From assembly GCF_011386835.1 (NCBI RefSeq), contig NC_088810.1, positions 21,452,001 through 21,516,000 of the forward strand: 64,000 nucleotides of DNA. The letters run 5' to 3'. Each line of letters begins with the position of its first letter. The first letter of the stretch is position 1. Source of the DNA: Chrysemys picta bellii. Its lineage: Eukaryota. This document shows positions 35,714 to 48,858 of the stretch, one piece after another. The position numbers and the translations under genes are program-made. Under the pieces are notes generated by a model. It did no database searches. It had not been told where the DNA came from and worked only from the letters and a program-made list of their open reading frames with translations.

Positions 35714-37105
35714 GTAAGAACCAGGATTACCCATGGGCAAAATACAATGGGCTTGGTTTCAAAAGCCGCCTTTGAATGCGTGCTGTAAATTACCCACCAG
35801 AGCAGGTTATAGCACTTGGCGCTTGAATCTGTGCGAGCGTTTTCGGGCTAGCAGCCCCGCACACTGAGGCCGCGGCTGTGAGGAGGTCTCGAGGCATGAC
35901 TGCAGTATTACCTAACTTTTGAAATGCATCCACAGAATTGCAGCTGCCATTGTCTGGGTGCAAAATCGGGGGCCTGTTCAAGGCCATTACAAAACCTGGG
36001 GGCAGTGTCTGAGAGAGGGTTGGTTCTTACTGATCCAGCAGGAGGGTTATGCTAGGGAAGTAGCAGTTGAATACATGTAGCCAATAATAGATCTTAAAGG
36101 GGAAAAAACAAGGTGTGTGTCCTGTTTGCTGCTTCATAATGTCTGAAGGTGGGCTAGAAACCTCTTTAAGGGTCTCTAGGTTTTTTTTTATTTTTACCGT
36201 TGGGAAAGGAAACGAGGAAGCAGACACCACACCCAGCTCAAACTGCAGGGGTAGCGTAGGCAGGTTGAATGCAGTTTCCACGAATGGGATCCAAGGAGTT
36301 AACATCTCTGCTCTTGCAGAAGGTTCCCTGCGTTCTTGGACTTGGTTTTACTACAACTCCGAATGCCTGTCATTAGCACAGCACCTCCTCACGCTGTGCT
36401 GGGGTATTGGTTTGATGTGTTCTTCCCACAACCCTACTTCTCGAGCCTTCTGAGTCTGCCTCTGTGGCCTCACCTGCCCGCATTAACCACTCATTAATCG
36501 ACTTTCCACATGAAGCCAAAGGGTGGGGAGAAAGCCTTAACGGATTGTTCGTGTAGTGGAGTTCAGGAGCTCCCCAAATATTCACATAGTCCTTTTGAGG
36601 GCAGAAGGAAATCCACGCATGTCGGTGTATCCTGAAAGTAGGCAAAGGTGCAGTGAACAGTACATCAGAGTGTTGGGGTGGGGACACTTTAGGTGTGGTT
36701 ATGAAGACACAAAGCCATGGCTCCAACCAGAGCTGAATTGACTGCAGTCTAAGGTAGTAGTCGCCACATAAACATGTGTAAAATGCCACTCAGTCCGATG
36801 GTGCTGCCAAAGTAGTGATGAACTGGGGAAAAGGGTTTACGGCAGGATGAATCCCCCCCGAGCGGGGAAATAAATTCTCTTGTTGGGCCCAGGGCAGGGC
36901 ATGTGCATGCCTCAACATGGGCATCAACAGCCTAACACACCTTTAAGGTCAGGTGATATCCCTGAAGGCAGCCTTTTAAAGGTACCTCACCCTGAGGGCA
37001 TCTGGTTCCAGATCCAGAGCTGCATCTTGGTATCTGTGTCCAGTTTTGTTCCAGTAGCTGTCTGATCGCACCTTGATGACAACCCTATTTTCCTCTCGAT
37101 TACAG

Positions 37106-37201
37106 GATTACTACACCAGTGGCTATTACCCAGAGATGGATCCAGCCCTTGGACCACCACAGGAGATGGGCACCGACTCGTCCTTCATGGATGATGAAGC
37201 G
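37106..37201 (+). CDS. PRCC: PRCC exon 4
   Basis: DYYTSGYYPEMDPALGPPQEMGTDSSFMDDEA; acceptor TACAG; weak donor GCG|GTTGGC; 96 nt. Confidence 0.94.
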
Positions 37202-37799
37202 GTTGGCATTTATTATACCTATTATACTATAGCATCCTACCACAGAGTTCACGTTTAGATGTTATAGGAACATAGGATCTGCTTGGCAGTTCAAAACACT
37301 GGCCACTCAAGCCTGGTGTCTCGTGACTTGCCATGCCAGATCTGGCTGTTGTTCTTTCAGGTCTAGAATCCTGTTATGGGCCGTGGTCGATACCTGCTGC
37401 TGCCCACTTCCACTCTCTTGAAGTACACACAGTCAGTTTGGTAATACCATATCTCATGGGGAAAGGGAAGAATTCCTTAAATGAACCAATAATACATTTG
37501 CTTTTAACGGTGTTGAGTGCCTAACAAAAATATTAACACCCCTCTCAATCATCCCCTCCCCCCTCCAGCTGGATAAGCAACATAGCCAAATAAGAAGAGA
37601 TCAGAAGCAGTATTAACATTGACTGATCTCACCCCAGTTCCCAGAAATAAATCAATCTTCCGTGCAAAAGAAGAAAACTAACTCTGGGTTGTAAGTCAGT
37701 GGAGCTCTGCTGACTTTGATGGAGCTACAATGGTTTACGGTGAAGTCAGTGGAGCTACACCAGTTTGCATCAGCTGAGAATCTGGCCTTGTTGCCTGTA

Positions 37800-38054
37800 T
37801 ATAAGAATGATCATACTGGGTCATACCAGTGGTCCATCTATCCCAGTATCCTGTCCACCGGCAGTGGCCAATGCCAGATGCTTCAAAGGGAATTAACAGA
37901 ACAGGGCGATCATCAAGTGATGCATCCTCTGTCCTTCAGTCACAGCATCTGGCATTCAGAGGCTATGGGACAACCAGAGCATGGAGTTGCATCCCCGACC
38001 ATCCTGGCTAGTAGCCATTGATGGGCCTATCCTACATGAACTTCTCTAATTCTT
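37800..38054 (-). mobile_element. CR1 LINE 3' fragment
   Basis: Reverse complement of a CR1 3' end (ATAAGAATGATCATACTGGGTCATACCAGTGGTCCATCTA...). Confidence 0.75.
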
Positions 38055-39092
38055 GTGTTTCTGTTCTTGGAAGAATGTTTGGCATAGCCAGGGGCCCTGA
38101 CCACTAGATATGTCATTAGGCTTTCCTGCCTTTTTCCCTCTTATACTAGTCCGCGTTACGAGATCGCTGATTGCAAGATAGACAGCTCAGAAGCACTTTT
38201 TCTCACACCCCAGCCCCTTCCAGTGATCTCCAGCTCTTCTGCTCCAGGTGATCTGGTTTGCTTTATAAGCTGATCTCCGCTATTTCCAGCCGGAGACAAT
38301 CCAGCAAGTCCAGCGTAATCTTCACTCAGGATATAGCAAGGAGTGGATGTCACACACCACATGGTGTGGTATGCACAGGTGCGAGCTGACTTACAGCTGC
38401 AAAGCAATACAACAACTGCCGCTAAAAGACCTCGGATCTACCTGCCGTAATGCAGCAATGTGCTCCCTTCATGTCCCAAGGGCTCAGCAGCTTCAGGTCA
38501 AAATCCGTTTGAAATGCCCGACAAATTGCTGCCACTGTCCAGAAACTGGAATCAAATGATGCTGCAGAAAGCACTGGCTGTTGTGTGCAGTCTCTTCCGG
38601 CTGCCTCAGCTCTTTTCATATGCCACCACCCTGCTGCGTTGCTTTGGAGACCTGTTCAGTTGTGTAAGGTGGATTTGCCAGTGACCACATTTTCAGTGCT
38701 TCCTTGACTCTTAGAATGGGGGGGCGTGGAAGCCAGGACTGCTCCGTTCTATTCCTGGCTTTGCCAGTGACTATGGGCAAATGTTTTCACTTGCTTCTGT
38801 CTCTCCATCTTTAAAATATATTTCCCTACCTCCTGGGTTAGGTGTGGGGGAGAGAGTTTGTGGGGCTCACTGTTTGTAAAGAGCTTTGAGATGTGTTGAT
38901 CTGTACAAGAGCAGAGTTATACTATAAACGAAGGACTCTCTGGATGGGAAAATGCGCATGGTCGTGGCCCAGCACCGCAGATGAGAAGCTGGATTGTTCC
39001 AAGCCCCAGTCACCTTTGCTTGGTACAGTGTATCAGAGCTGTGTAATACGAGTGTAATTCTCTTCTGACCTTTGTTTTAATTCCTCTTTCAG

Positions 39093-39236
39093 TTCAAGCG
39101 TCTCCAAGGTAAGCGGAACCGTGGGAGGGAAGAGATCAACTTTGTGGAGATCAAAGGGGATGATCAGCTGAGTGGAGCCCAGCAATGGATGACCAAATCC
39201 TTAACAGAGGAGAAGACCATGAAATCATTCAGCAAG
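39093..39236 (+). CDS. PRCC: PRCC exon 5
   Basis: FKRLQGKRNRGREEINFVEIKGDDQLSGAQQWMTKSLTEEKTMKSFSK; 144 nt; donor AAG|GTATGG. Confidence 0.97.
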
Positions 39237-39520
39237 GTATGGGTAGGAAGTATTGCCGAGTGGGTAGAGCACTAGACCAGGATGCTAAAGGCCTGCCTTC
39301 AGTTCCCAGCTCAGCCCCAGATCCGGGGCAAGTCATTTAATCGATCTTATGTCCCAGTTCCCCACCTGTACAAAGGTAATGTTGAGGATAAATCCATTAA
39401 TGATTGTGAGCCACTCAGGTGCGGGTCAGATAAGTAGATGGGTAGCAGAGGGATGGCAAGCCACGGGCTGCTGTTCGGTTGTCCCTTCAGAGCCTCAAGG
39501 AACTTGTTTTCACATCTCTA

Positions 39521-40022
39521 AATTGCATTGGCAAGACTGCATCCATTTCTTGTGCTCGCGTTTTACAAGGAATGTTGAAAAATTGGAGAGGGTGCAGAGA
39601 AGATCTACAAAAATGATTTGAGGCCTGGAGAAAATGTCTTACAAGTGAGAGACTTTAGTTTATCAAAAAGATCAAGAGAGGATTATGGTGTAGAGCACTT
39701 TGATGGGGAGAAAACACTGGGTACTAAAGGGCTCTTTAGCCAAGCAGAAAGAGGCAGAACAAGAACCAATAGTTAAAGTTAAAGCCAGACCTATACAAAT
39801 TAGAAATAACACGCCCCATCAGGAACAAATGGCCAAGAGCAGCGGTGGATTCTCCCTTTCTTGAACTCTTCACATCCAGACTGAATGCTTTTCTGGAACA
39901 TGCCTTAGCTAGACACAAGTTATTGGGTTCAACACCGGGGTAGCAGGGTGAGCGTCTCTGGCCTTTGAAAGACATGAGATCAGACTAGGTGATGTAGTGG
40001 TCCCTTGTGGCCTTACAATCTG
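39521..40022 (+). mobile_element. Degenerate CR1 LINE 3' fragment
   Basis: Remnant F.RNVEKLERVQRRSTKMI typical of CR1 ORF2 C-terminus; ends GATCAGACTAGGTGATGTAGTGGTCCCTT. Confidence 0.8.
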
Positions 40023-40863
40023 GGACTAATGTAATGGTGAATAGGAATGAAAGGATACGCCTTTCCAGTTATCCAGCTGCAAAGGGAAGGGCATCTGGGA
40101 AGCATTCAGGAACGCGGTGCAACCTATATGGTGGTGCCGTTCCCAAGCCGATCACTGAAAACCAGCGGTCATGGGACAGCAATGAAGTTTGCAGGGAGGT
40201 TGTTGGGAGTGAACAACTGAAGCAGGAAGGCTCTGGAGATGGCGCCAAAGTGCTGCTAGACCTTGAGAACTTAACCCACAGCTAGCTCACTGCTCAGGGT
40301 AGGGACCATGCCTTGATTTGTAAGGCACTCAAATCTACAGTTATGTAGGGAGTATACAACCCTGTATAGTGTAGAATGGATTTGTACAACACTATGCACA
40401 GCATAACCCTGATCCTAACCCGCGCCTCTGAGCACTCCCCTAAGAGAAATAGTAACAAACGCTTATTTACTGCAATTCACAGACCACAGAAACAGAATTG
40501 CAAAATAAAATCTTCCCATGTAGCGGGCACAAGGAGGCAGCGTGGTCTGGGGATTGGAGCAGAGGACTCGGGATTGGGAGATCTGGGTTCTGTTCCCAAC
40601 TTGGCTTTGACTCGTTGTGATCTTGTAACCCTGTCTCTGCTTCCATGCCCTTCTCTGTAAAATGGGTATATAACACCTAGCTCCTGTATGTGCTGTGCGG
40701 CTTACTCGGTGTTCATGCCATTCAGAGCGCGTGGAGGAAAGTGCTGTGTAAGTACAAAGTAATTAGGCACCGCATGGCTGCAGAGCATCTTGAAAGAGAT
40801 GCTTAGCCCCAGTGTGTGAGCAGTGAAGACCGAGTAGGAGCTGCTTCAACATGGGATCTGTTG

Positions 40864-41040
40864 TATAGATTCATACAGTCCAAGCCCAGAAGGGAGCATC
40901 ACGACCATCTAGTCTGACCTCCTGTAGCACAGGCCAGAGACCTGCCCCACAAAAATCCCTTTTAAACTAGAGCTTCTCTTTTAAAAGGAAAAAAAACAAA
41001 ATCGCCAGTGATGGAGAACCTACCACAGCCCTTGTCAAGG
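40864..41040 (-). mobile_element. CR1 3' fragment
   Basis: ATAGATTCATA...CCAGAAGGGAGCATCACGACCATCTAGTCTGACCTCCTG. Confidence 0.7.
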
Positions 41041-41178
41041 GCTTTAAAACAAGCCAAACACTTCTGGTTTCTGGAGCATTGGCTTCCTGTCCATGTGACA
41101 CCATCCCTCGCTGATTTCACTAGGCAGGGCAGTGTCTTTCCAGCACGGATAGTCACTTTGAATTTGTTTTTTCTTTAG

Positions 41179-41244
41179 AAAAAAGGAGAGCAGCCCACAG
41201 GACAGCAGAGACGAAAACACCAGATCACGTACCTGATCCACCAG
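41179..41244 (+). CDS. PRCC: PRCC exon 6
   Basis: KKGEQPTGQQRRKHQITYLIHQ; 66 nt; AG/GT boundaries. Confidence 0.97.
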
Positions 41245-42258
41245 GTCAGCTGCCTACCTTGGGTGTGAAAACATCCCTTGACAATGTTACAAATGTGCTA
41301 TCACTTAAGAGCAGAGAGTATCAGTGGAAATGAGCTGATGGAGTCAGTAACTTCTGCAGTTACAAGAGAGAGGCCCCCCAGTTTGTCCCACATCAGGCAG
41401 ACCTCAGTCGATGCACGAAGAATTCCCATTGCAACCTGCAGTGGTTTTGTGGGGGGAATTGAGGGCTGCAGCAAGCTGTGTGGGGCAGAGGCCAGGGCTT
41501 CCTTTGCTCCTTGCACAGACCTGAGCCCACTGTTGGTGTATCAATAATTTCTGGGGTTGAATCCATTTGTGGTGTTTTCTGAGCAGCCCTCATCTCCCTC
41601 TCTACTCTACCAGAAAGGGTCACTAGAGGGTAATGCAAGCCACTTCCCTTCTGCCTGTTTCCGTCCTCCCCAGCTGGGGTGAAGGTGCTGCCTCTGTTGT
41701 GCTATGCAGGCTGGTATATGGATGGCTGATCTGCAGAAGATAAAAGCCCTAGGAGACGACAACAAAGCCATGTGGTAGAGGAGAGGGCAGACACACCATG
41801 TGTGTCTGGAGTAGCAGACAGCCTTGATGCTTGTCTGAAATTACGGATTTGTTGCACCATGAGACACAGCTCAGCCATGGAGTTTTGGCACCAGGCTAAC
41901 GGGGTCTGCCTGCAACATAGGGAAACAGAACAACAGAGGTAGGTAGAGAGGGTTCATACAAACAGTTTACAGCCTGGACCTCCCTTTGGCAAGCTTGCCG
42001 GTATGTGCATCAAGGCTGGTTACTGTGCACCTTCTCTGGATTCCCCAGCCACTCGATGAGGTATACCAGCCTCTTAGTGGACAGCACAGCTGTAACACTA
42101 GGAAACGCCATGCCCGGGCCAGCGGGAAAGGTGACAGACAGTACCTCTAAAGGTATTTCTGGTAGATCTCGGATAATTCCCCTGACCTCCCACACTGCCA
42201 CTCCTCCCCGTCTGGGGCTGCATGTAATGGAGACCAAATGCTAAAGCCAGTAGTGTCT

Positions 42259-42274
42259 TGCCACTAGATGGCAG
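42259..42274 (+). promoter_or_regulatory. CTCF-like motif in PRCC intron 6
   Basis: TGCCACTAGATGGCAG matches the CTCF core CCACYAGRKGGCR. Confidence 0.5.
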
Positions 42275-43040
42275 AGGGCCTCCTTTTGCTGGGAAATCAC
42301 TACCACCACTTCTGGCTTCCTGGCTGGAGGGTGAGGGCATCAGTGCAGTTGCCTTCCTCAGCAGAATATTTTCTCCCACCTGAGGCCCAGCACCCCAATG
42401 TGGAGCTTTAGAGAGATGGTTTGTGTTTGGAGGTCAGTGGTGTGAGGCCACTGGGTTAGCCACCCACTGTTAAAGTTGGCTGAAGGGAGGGTTGACGAGT
42501 GGTTAGAACGGGGGCCTGAGAGTCTGGACTCCTGGGGTCTGTCCCGGGGTCTGTATTGACTCGCTATGTGGGTTTGAGGCACATTAACCTACTGTGGCCC
42601 CCGTCCTCACACTTTGCGGAGGGGGGAATGACTGCTCCACAGGGCTTTTGAGACTTGCTGCGTGGTCTGTGATTGAACCTCTTGGGGAGTCTCTGGGGTG
42701 AGACCTCTAAGGAACTAGCTGCTGCAGGAAGTGTTCTGTGGAATCAGCAGCGAGCCAGTGTCCCAGCACGAGTTGAAGGGTGCTGTGCTGCTGTGGGTGG
42801 GCCGGGCCACTAAGGATCCCATGGCACGTCTCACATGACTAGGGACTCGGAGCATTGTTCCAGCTTGGCTTCTCTGCATCCACCTGGATACAAGATTATA
42901 CATTTCCTCTCGTAAATCGGGTCGCATTGCTGTGTGGCTGCTGAGGCTCCGCCCCCAAAGGAAGTGGCATTTCAGGTATGGGAGCAATGCCTAAGCAGCG
43001 CTTATCTATTCAGGTCTCTATCAGGATATTTATATCACAC

Positions 43041-43170
43041 CAGTGGTTTTCAGCCTGTGGTCTGCACGCCCCTGGGGGTCCGAAGACTGTCTAAGATTTC
43101 CAAAGTGGGCCGCATCTCCCTTTGACATTTTTTAGGGGTTCACAAATGAAAGGCGATTGAAAACCCATAA
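43041..43170. mobile_element. hAT (Charlie-like) MITE remnant
   Basis: CAGTGGTTTTCAGCC...GATTGAAAACCC termini. Confidence 0.55.
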
Positions 43171-43300
43171 CCGTGGTGCCAGAGAACTAACTCAAGTGCT
43201 CTGAGCTTCTCATTGTGGAGGGACAGAGAAGGGCAAAGGACGATTAAAACAATGAACAACTGTTCTGATTTTGACCTCTTCTCCACCCTCTTTTCTGCAG

Positions 43301-43387
43301 GCGAAGGAGCGAGAGTTGGAACTGAAAAATACGTGGTCCGAAAACAAACTCAGCCGGCGTCAGACCCAAGCCAAATACGGATTTTAG
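43301..43387 (+). CDS. PRCC: PRCC exon 7 (last coding exon)
   Basis: AKERELELKNTWSENKLSRRQTQAKYGF* (TAG). The seven exons sum to 1533 nt = 510 aa + stop. Confidence 0.97.
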   Translation, partial: AKERELELKNTWSENKLSRRQTQAKYGF

Positions 43388-43747
43388 CACCTCTCCTATT
43401 CTGTGGGCGTTAGCCCAGGTGACCTACCATGTCAGACTCCTCCTGGCCTACCAGGAATTGAGGAGGCCCCTGGATCTAACTGTGTGGGTGGGAGGATACA
43501 GCACTCCCCTGTCTGTGAAGAGAAAGGTTAAATACTAACCATTTCTGAAACCAACGCTGTAACTTTTTTAATGATAATATAGAAGGTTCAAATCAAGTCT
43601 GGTTCGTGCAGCTGGGGACTCTGGCACTGGACAGCCACAGGCTTGTCCGAAGAGGACGTGACTGGCGCAAGGTTGTGAGCTCTCATCCTGTAGGTGTACA
43701 GACTACCCATTTTTTTCTTTAGTCACCAGAACCTTAGGTAGAGTCTC

Positions 43748-43753
43748 AATAAA
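43748..43753 (+). terminator. Candidate proximal PRCC poly(A) signal
   Basis: AATAAA ~360 nt after the stop codon. Confidence 0.4.
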
Positions 43754-44994
43754 TTTCCAAGTCCAACACTGCTCCTTTCTTTAGACCTACTGTGTGTCAA
43801 GAGTGTAATTTCCTTTTTGAAAGGCAGTTTCAAGGGCAAACTTTTTTGTAGTATTATTTGAAAACCCCTTTGGGATAGTTGTACATGTGTAGGCACATTT
43901 CTCTTCTTACAAGCAATCTGAGCAGGTTTGAAGTGTGTCTGCTTGTTTTGTTTTCCTTGCCAGGCCCATGCCTTCCTGTAAATTTTGAGTCCCTTTTGAG
44001 GGAAAATTTTTGTTTTCAAGGTGGATGTTGGCTAACGAGACTGCTTGTTTCAGTTTGAAAACAGCACACAGATACCCCCAATCTCTGGACTCCACGGAAG
44101 ATATTCGGGTTTCCTCTGCCAGCACAAGAAGCGATTGTAAGTTCTGGGACATATAAGAATGGGGTAGGTGTGGGTGTGCGTCCCCAGGCCAAGGCCCAGA
44201 GCGCTGTAAAAGTCTGATCCAAATACTAGTTGAATCCAAGTACTTCTGGGGTGAGATGGTGCTGGCAGTGAACTGAAGTCACAGCAGTATTTCCTATAAT
44301 AATCCAAACCTAGGCAAAAACTGCCTACAGCACATTTTTATTTTTAACTTATCAGCCTATCTGTATAACTCCTACTCCCTGCTGAGGCATCAACTCTGGT
44401 TTAAATGTTAACTCCACCCACCTGGCTGGAAAAGGGAGGCAATATCCAGACTTAAATGTGTTTCACAGTACACTTGAAAAACGAGTTTCTTCATTTCACT
44501 TAAGCTGGTGGACTTCCCAGAGGCAGAGACGGGCATGTCTGCAAATAATACACAGGCCAGCTCTCTGAAGATGTGTGTATCTAGCCATTCTTGCTGGCCT
44601 CACTTCCTAGTTCATTGTTTGCTGCCGAACTCTTACCATGCTGAAGCAAGGAGCGAGTCGGTCCAGTTCTTTAAGTTCCATTCCCGACATCAAAGGTTTT
44701 ATTTGTTGTACCACAACTAAAGCAGTTGATTGAGGCAATTCCATTGAGGAAAACGCCAAAAGGCAATTTGCTCTCATCTGCTCTGTTCTCTCCGCCCCTC
44801 CCTCCCCCCCAAAAAAGTACCTGGTGAATGAAGTCTGATTGTATTTTAAAATCAGATTTATAGGTTAGTTCCCTGGATGTTTTAGTACATGGCAAAGCCC
44901 ATTTTGAGTGTTCCAATGACCAGAAAACAGTTACTGTTGAGTAATTTATTCATATCTGTACAGTGAAATCCTCTGACAAGAGATTTGATAAAGG

Positions 44995-45000
44995 AATAAA
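44995..45000 (+). terminator. Candidate distal PRCC poly(A) signal
   Basis: AATAAA preceded by TGTA and an AT-rich stretch; the sequence becomes repeat-like shortly after. Confidence 0.55.
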
Positions 45001-45249
45001 ACTTTTAAATGAACCAAACCACCCCTCCGGTTGCCTCTCCAGGGGATGGGATTGTTCACACGCTCTTGCCACTCTCAGGAACTGGATTGGCCCAGGAGTG
45101 ATTAGATCTTACCGGTTTTAATACACTGAACCCACGGGGCCTGACTCCTGTACACCAAGGCCCTGTTGCACCCCACTGGCATGGATACAGCCTTAACTTA
45201 CACCCACTTGAAGGTCCCTTCTGCCAGAGCTGTGAAAAAGGAGTGTTAA

Positions 45250-45499
45250 GGCTTGTCTACACATACATTGCTGTAGTAGCACTGCTGTAGTGCTTAAGTG
45301 AAGATGCTACCTACACCGACAGGGGAGAGCGTCTCCTGTCGGTGTAGGTACTTCCCCTCCCCGAGAGAAGCCCTCCTGTCCACGTAGTGCTGTGTGCAGC
45401 CGGAGTTCTGTCAGTATAACTGTGGCACTCGGGTGTAAATTTCCCACATGCCTGAGTGATGCCGTTGTACTGACGTAACTCTGTAGTGTAGACCAAGCC
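45250..45499. mobile_element. PIF/Harbinger-like MITE
   Basis: TIRs GGCTTGTCTACAC / GTGTAGACCAAGCC flanked by TAA/TTA. Confidence 0.7.
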
Positions 45500-47069
45500 T
45501 TAGTCTCAATGAGAATCAAGGCCCGGACCCTGAACACCTGGGACTACTCAAAACATAGACACAGGCGACTTGGCAGTATTTCTACATCGGAGAATAGGTG
45601 ACCCTGCTGGGCAAAAGGGGGACACCAGAACTATTCTCCCCTTCCCTGGAATTGAACAGGGAGACTTCAGGGCCATGGAACATTCAAATGGCTTCTCCCG
45701 GCGGAGCTGAATCATGGAGGGGCCTGTTGGCCCAGATGCTGGCTCATGTGAGCCCGGCCGTTGCTTTTACGCTGGTCTGTTCGGTGGTGGGGTTTGCGGC
45801 TGCCCTCCCCACAAAGAAATGGTAGGTCTTGGGGTGGAGAAGGGGGAAGAATCAGGTGGACACCAGAAGCTCTCTGGCCACTTGCTTAGTAGCCGTGTTA
45901 CCAGGTGCACACGTGAGTCAGATCACCCCCGGGGGAAGGGGCTGCGTCGGGGAGGAAGCAGAGGTAAGGGCGTTGGGGGTCTTAGGGACCTTTCCCATGT
46001 TTAGGATTTCTTGTAAGTTTCACCTTCACTCTGAATTTTCTGGCTTTGAGAGATTTTGTTTGTTCCCAACTGCAGCGTTTCCTGGGCCTTTCCTCTGTAT
46101 GTTACCTAGTGGAACCCTCAGCCGCTCTCCCCCAGGCGCTGAGACTTCTCGCAAAGCATCCTTGTAGCATGCAGTGTTTCCTGCCTATCACCTTCCACGA
46201 TCCATCCATTTCGTAGCCCTGCCACTCTCTTCCCACATCCCCCAGTACCTCCACCCTCTGCGCCCCTCCCCAGGCTGCTCCTAACTGGCAGCTGTTCCTT
46301 GAAGCAGCGATGACACAGGGGGGTCCTGTCCGCTACTGTGCCGGAGCCTAAAGACCATCCTTCCTCTCTGAAAATGCTGCCTTTGAACCTGCCTGTCGAC
46401 CCGTCCGGGTGGGGAGAGGAGGAATTACAGCTGTGCTTGGGCTGAGCCGCATCCGGATCAAATGCTTTTCCTTCTCTTCGTTGTCTCTGGGGATGCTAAG
46501 ACACCTTAAGGGCAGTTCCCGGCTCAGTGAAGGCCCATCGCTTTTATTTATAGACAGCCCGTGGCGGTGACCAATTCTTGCCCTGAGAAGGGAGAGCGAA
46601 ATACAGCCCATCGTGGTTACAGAAAGCAGCAGAAGGTCCATAGGACTTAATGTGGAACTTAAACCCTGAGTCCTGCCCTTCATTTAAGCAGGATTTAAAT
46701 GCCGCCCACCCTGGAGGCAAGTCAATTTCATCCCATTTGCTTCTGTTTATTCCCCTTATTTAAAAATAAGGATCCTTCTTATCTGAACAGCTCTGCAGCG
46801 TCAAGTCAGTGGGCATCTCCGTCCATGCCAGAGGGTGTTCGTTACCCCATTTGGACTTGGTAGTTCCACCCCATGAAGCAGCTTCTACGGCCGCCCAATG
46901 ACATCAAGAAGCAAGGACCCTGCTCCAAGGGGAGGAGGGAAGGAGATGACATCATGGGTCCAAAAAAGACACAAGTCTTGAGTACCAAGCAACCTCTGAC
47001 TGAGAGCAGGAGGGATGGGAAAACCGATAAAGCTGGTGTCGTAGCTGTGAGGAAGAGACTGTGAGCCGA

Positions 47070-47387
47070 GGACCTCGCTGGGTTTTTTATTGGCGTTGGA
47101 TCTCATTGGCCTTTCCATGGAAAGATCTTCCCTGCTTCCTGAATCTCCCACCCTTGGAAGTGGGGCAGAGCGCGAGTGTGTGTGATCCTTGAATTCACGG
47201 TGCAGGCTGCTCTCAGCACAAACGTGAGAGAGGCGGTCGGAGCAGCGGTGTCTTGAGGGCGTATGTCTGCAGCAACTCTGTGTCCTAGAGAGCAGCTGAT
47301 GGGGAAGAAGTCTTCTCCGGCGGCTCTCAAGCCCTGGAACCCTTGGCAGGGGGTGTCCTGCCGGCTTGCCTTGAATGTGGGAGGGCT
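47070..47387 (-). other. SH2D2A: Predicted non-coding terminal exon (3' UTR) of SH2D2A; left end uncertain
   Basis: Acceptor CATTTTCACTCTTTTCAG| at 47388; minus-strand AATAAA at 47086-47091, 46746-46751 and 46543-46548; donor directly after the stop codon. Confidence 0.45.
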
Positions 47388-48858
47388 CTGAAAAGAGTGA
47401 AAATGCTTGTGTCACGCATCCCAAAGAGTTGGGTGTTTGCCATTTTCCTCTTCCCAGCTCAGGGAGGGTGGGCGGGCTCTGCAGGGGCTGGGCAGCAGGG
47501 CTCACTGGGGGATATGAGGGGGCACAGGCAGCTTGTGGTGGGGGGTGTAGTGACCCAAGCTATGGAGCGTGTGACTTCTTGCTATTTAGGTGACAGAAAA
47601 CTTAAATGCCTGTGAGAAAATCTAGCAACTTCCTAAGAGGTTAAGACCCCCCCTCCAAGTGTCCCCTCCGTCTCGTAATTCTCTGTCCTTTCTCTTTCTT
47701 CCCTCTGTTGAGGGTGGCTGTGGCTGGCTATTTTCACCGCACCAGTGTTAATTTTGTGCTACTGGTTTACAGATCAACTAACTAGCAAACAGGTCGGGCC
47801 CGTGTCTTTTAAGAGTTGTTGAATTTATATTCATCGCAGCATCTAAAACTGCAGCTCCATGGGCCTGATTCTCCGTAACTCAGCCCCACGGATGCTGGCC
47901 TGGAGTGTAACGGGGCCGCAGAGCGGATGGAAATGGCTGGCTGAGGATTCCCTAGCTCTCCGGGTAGGGTGGCGCTGGTGCCAGGGCCCTGCTCCCATCT
48001 GCCGGGGTAGGAGGTGAATTGGGGGCATGGCCAGAGAACCATAGAGGGCCCAGCACCTGCTTATGGAGAGTGCAAAGATGGCTGAAAATCCATCCCAGCT
48101 CCAAGCCCAGTAATAGGGCAACTGGTAATATATCCCCCTCCGGCTCTTATCACCCATCCACCTCAACGGGGGTCAGTATCATTATCTCCATTGGATGGAT
48201 GGGGAAACTGAGGCACAGAGTGGCAAAGTGACTTGTGCAACAGCAGGCTCGTGGCAGAGTTGGGCCTAGAGCCGCTGTGACTTAACTCTGTCCTATGTGC
48301 TAGCAGCCCCTAGACAACACTGCCTCCCTTTCATGTTCAAGGCGGTGTTAAAATTTTAACCTGCCTTTGAAAGGATGCTCCCGTCAGTTTAGCCTACAAG
48401 TGGTTGGTGGTTGTTTTTTTTTTAATTAAAAAGCAGATTTTCCTCCCCAAAAGGCTACTACAAGAAATGCCTTTCCCCATTCTCCTTTGAGATTCATCAA
48501 ATCCAGTCCGTCCCCCCCACCCGCCCATCCCTCGAGGGTTTGAGAGCCGGAACAGGCTGGAGCGTGAGAACCCGAAAGTGACTCACTTGCCCAGGGGTAG
48601 GTTCAGTGCTGCATGGGCCTGATGCTCTCTCTCTTTCTCTGCACAGGGGGCAATTCCAGCCACCGACGGCTTGGCCCTACCCCCGATGAAATCCAGGTGC
48701 ATCGCAGTGGAGACTGGATCTGGCCCGAGTCCCCCTGCGCCTTGCAGTGTCATTTGCCCCAGTGGGTGTGAACGCTAGCTGTGGGCTGACATGATGCATA
48801 AGGGCTGACTGTCTCCTTCTGCCTACCTAATTTCTTCTGGATTTTCCCTAATACCTAC

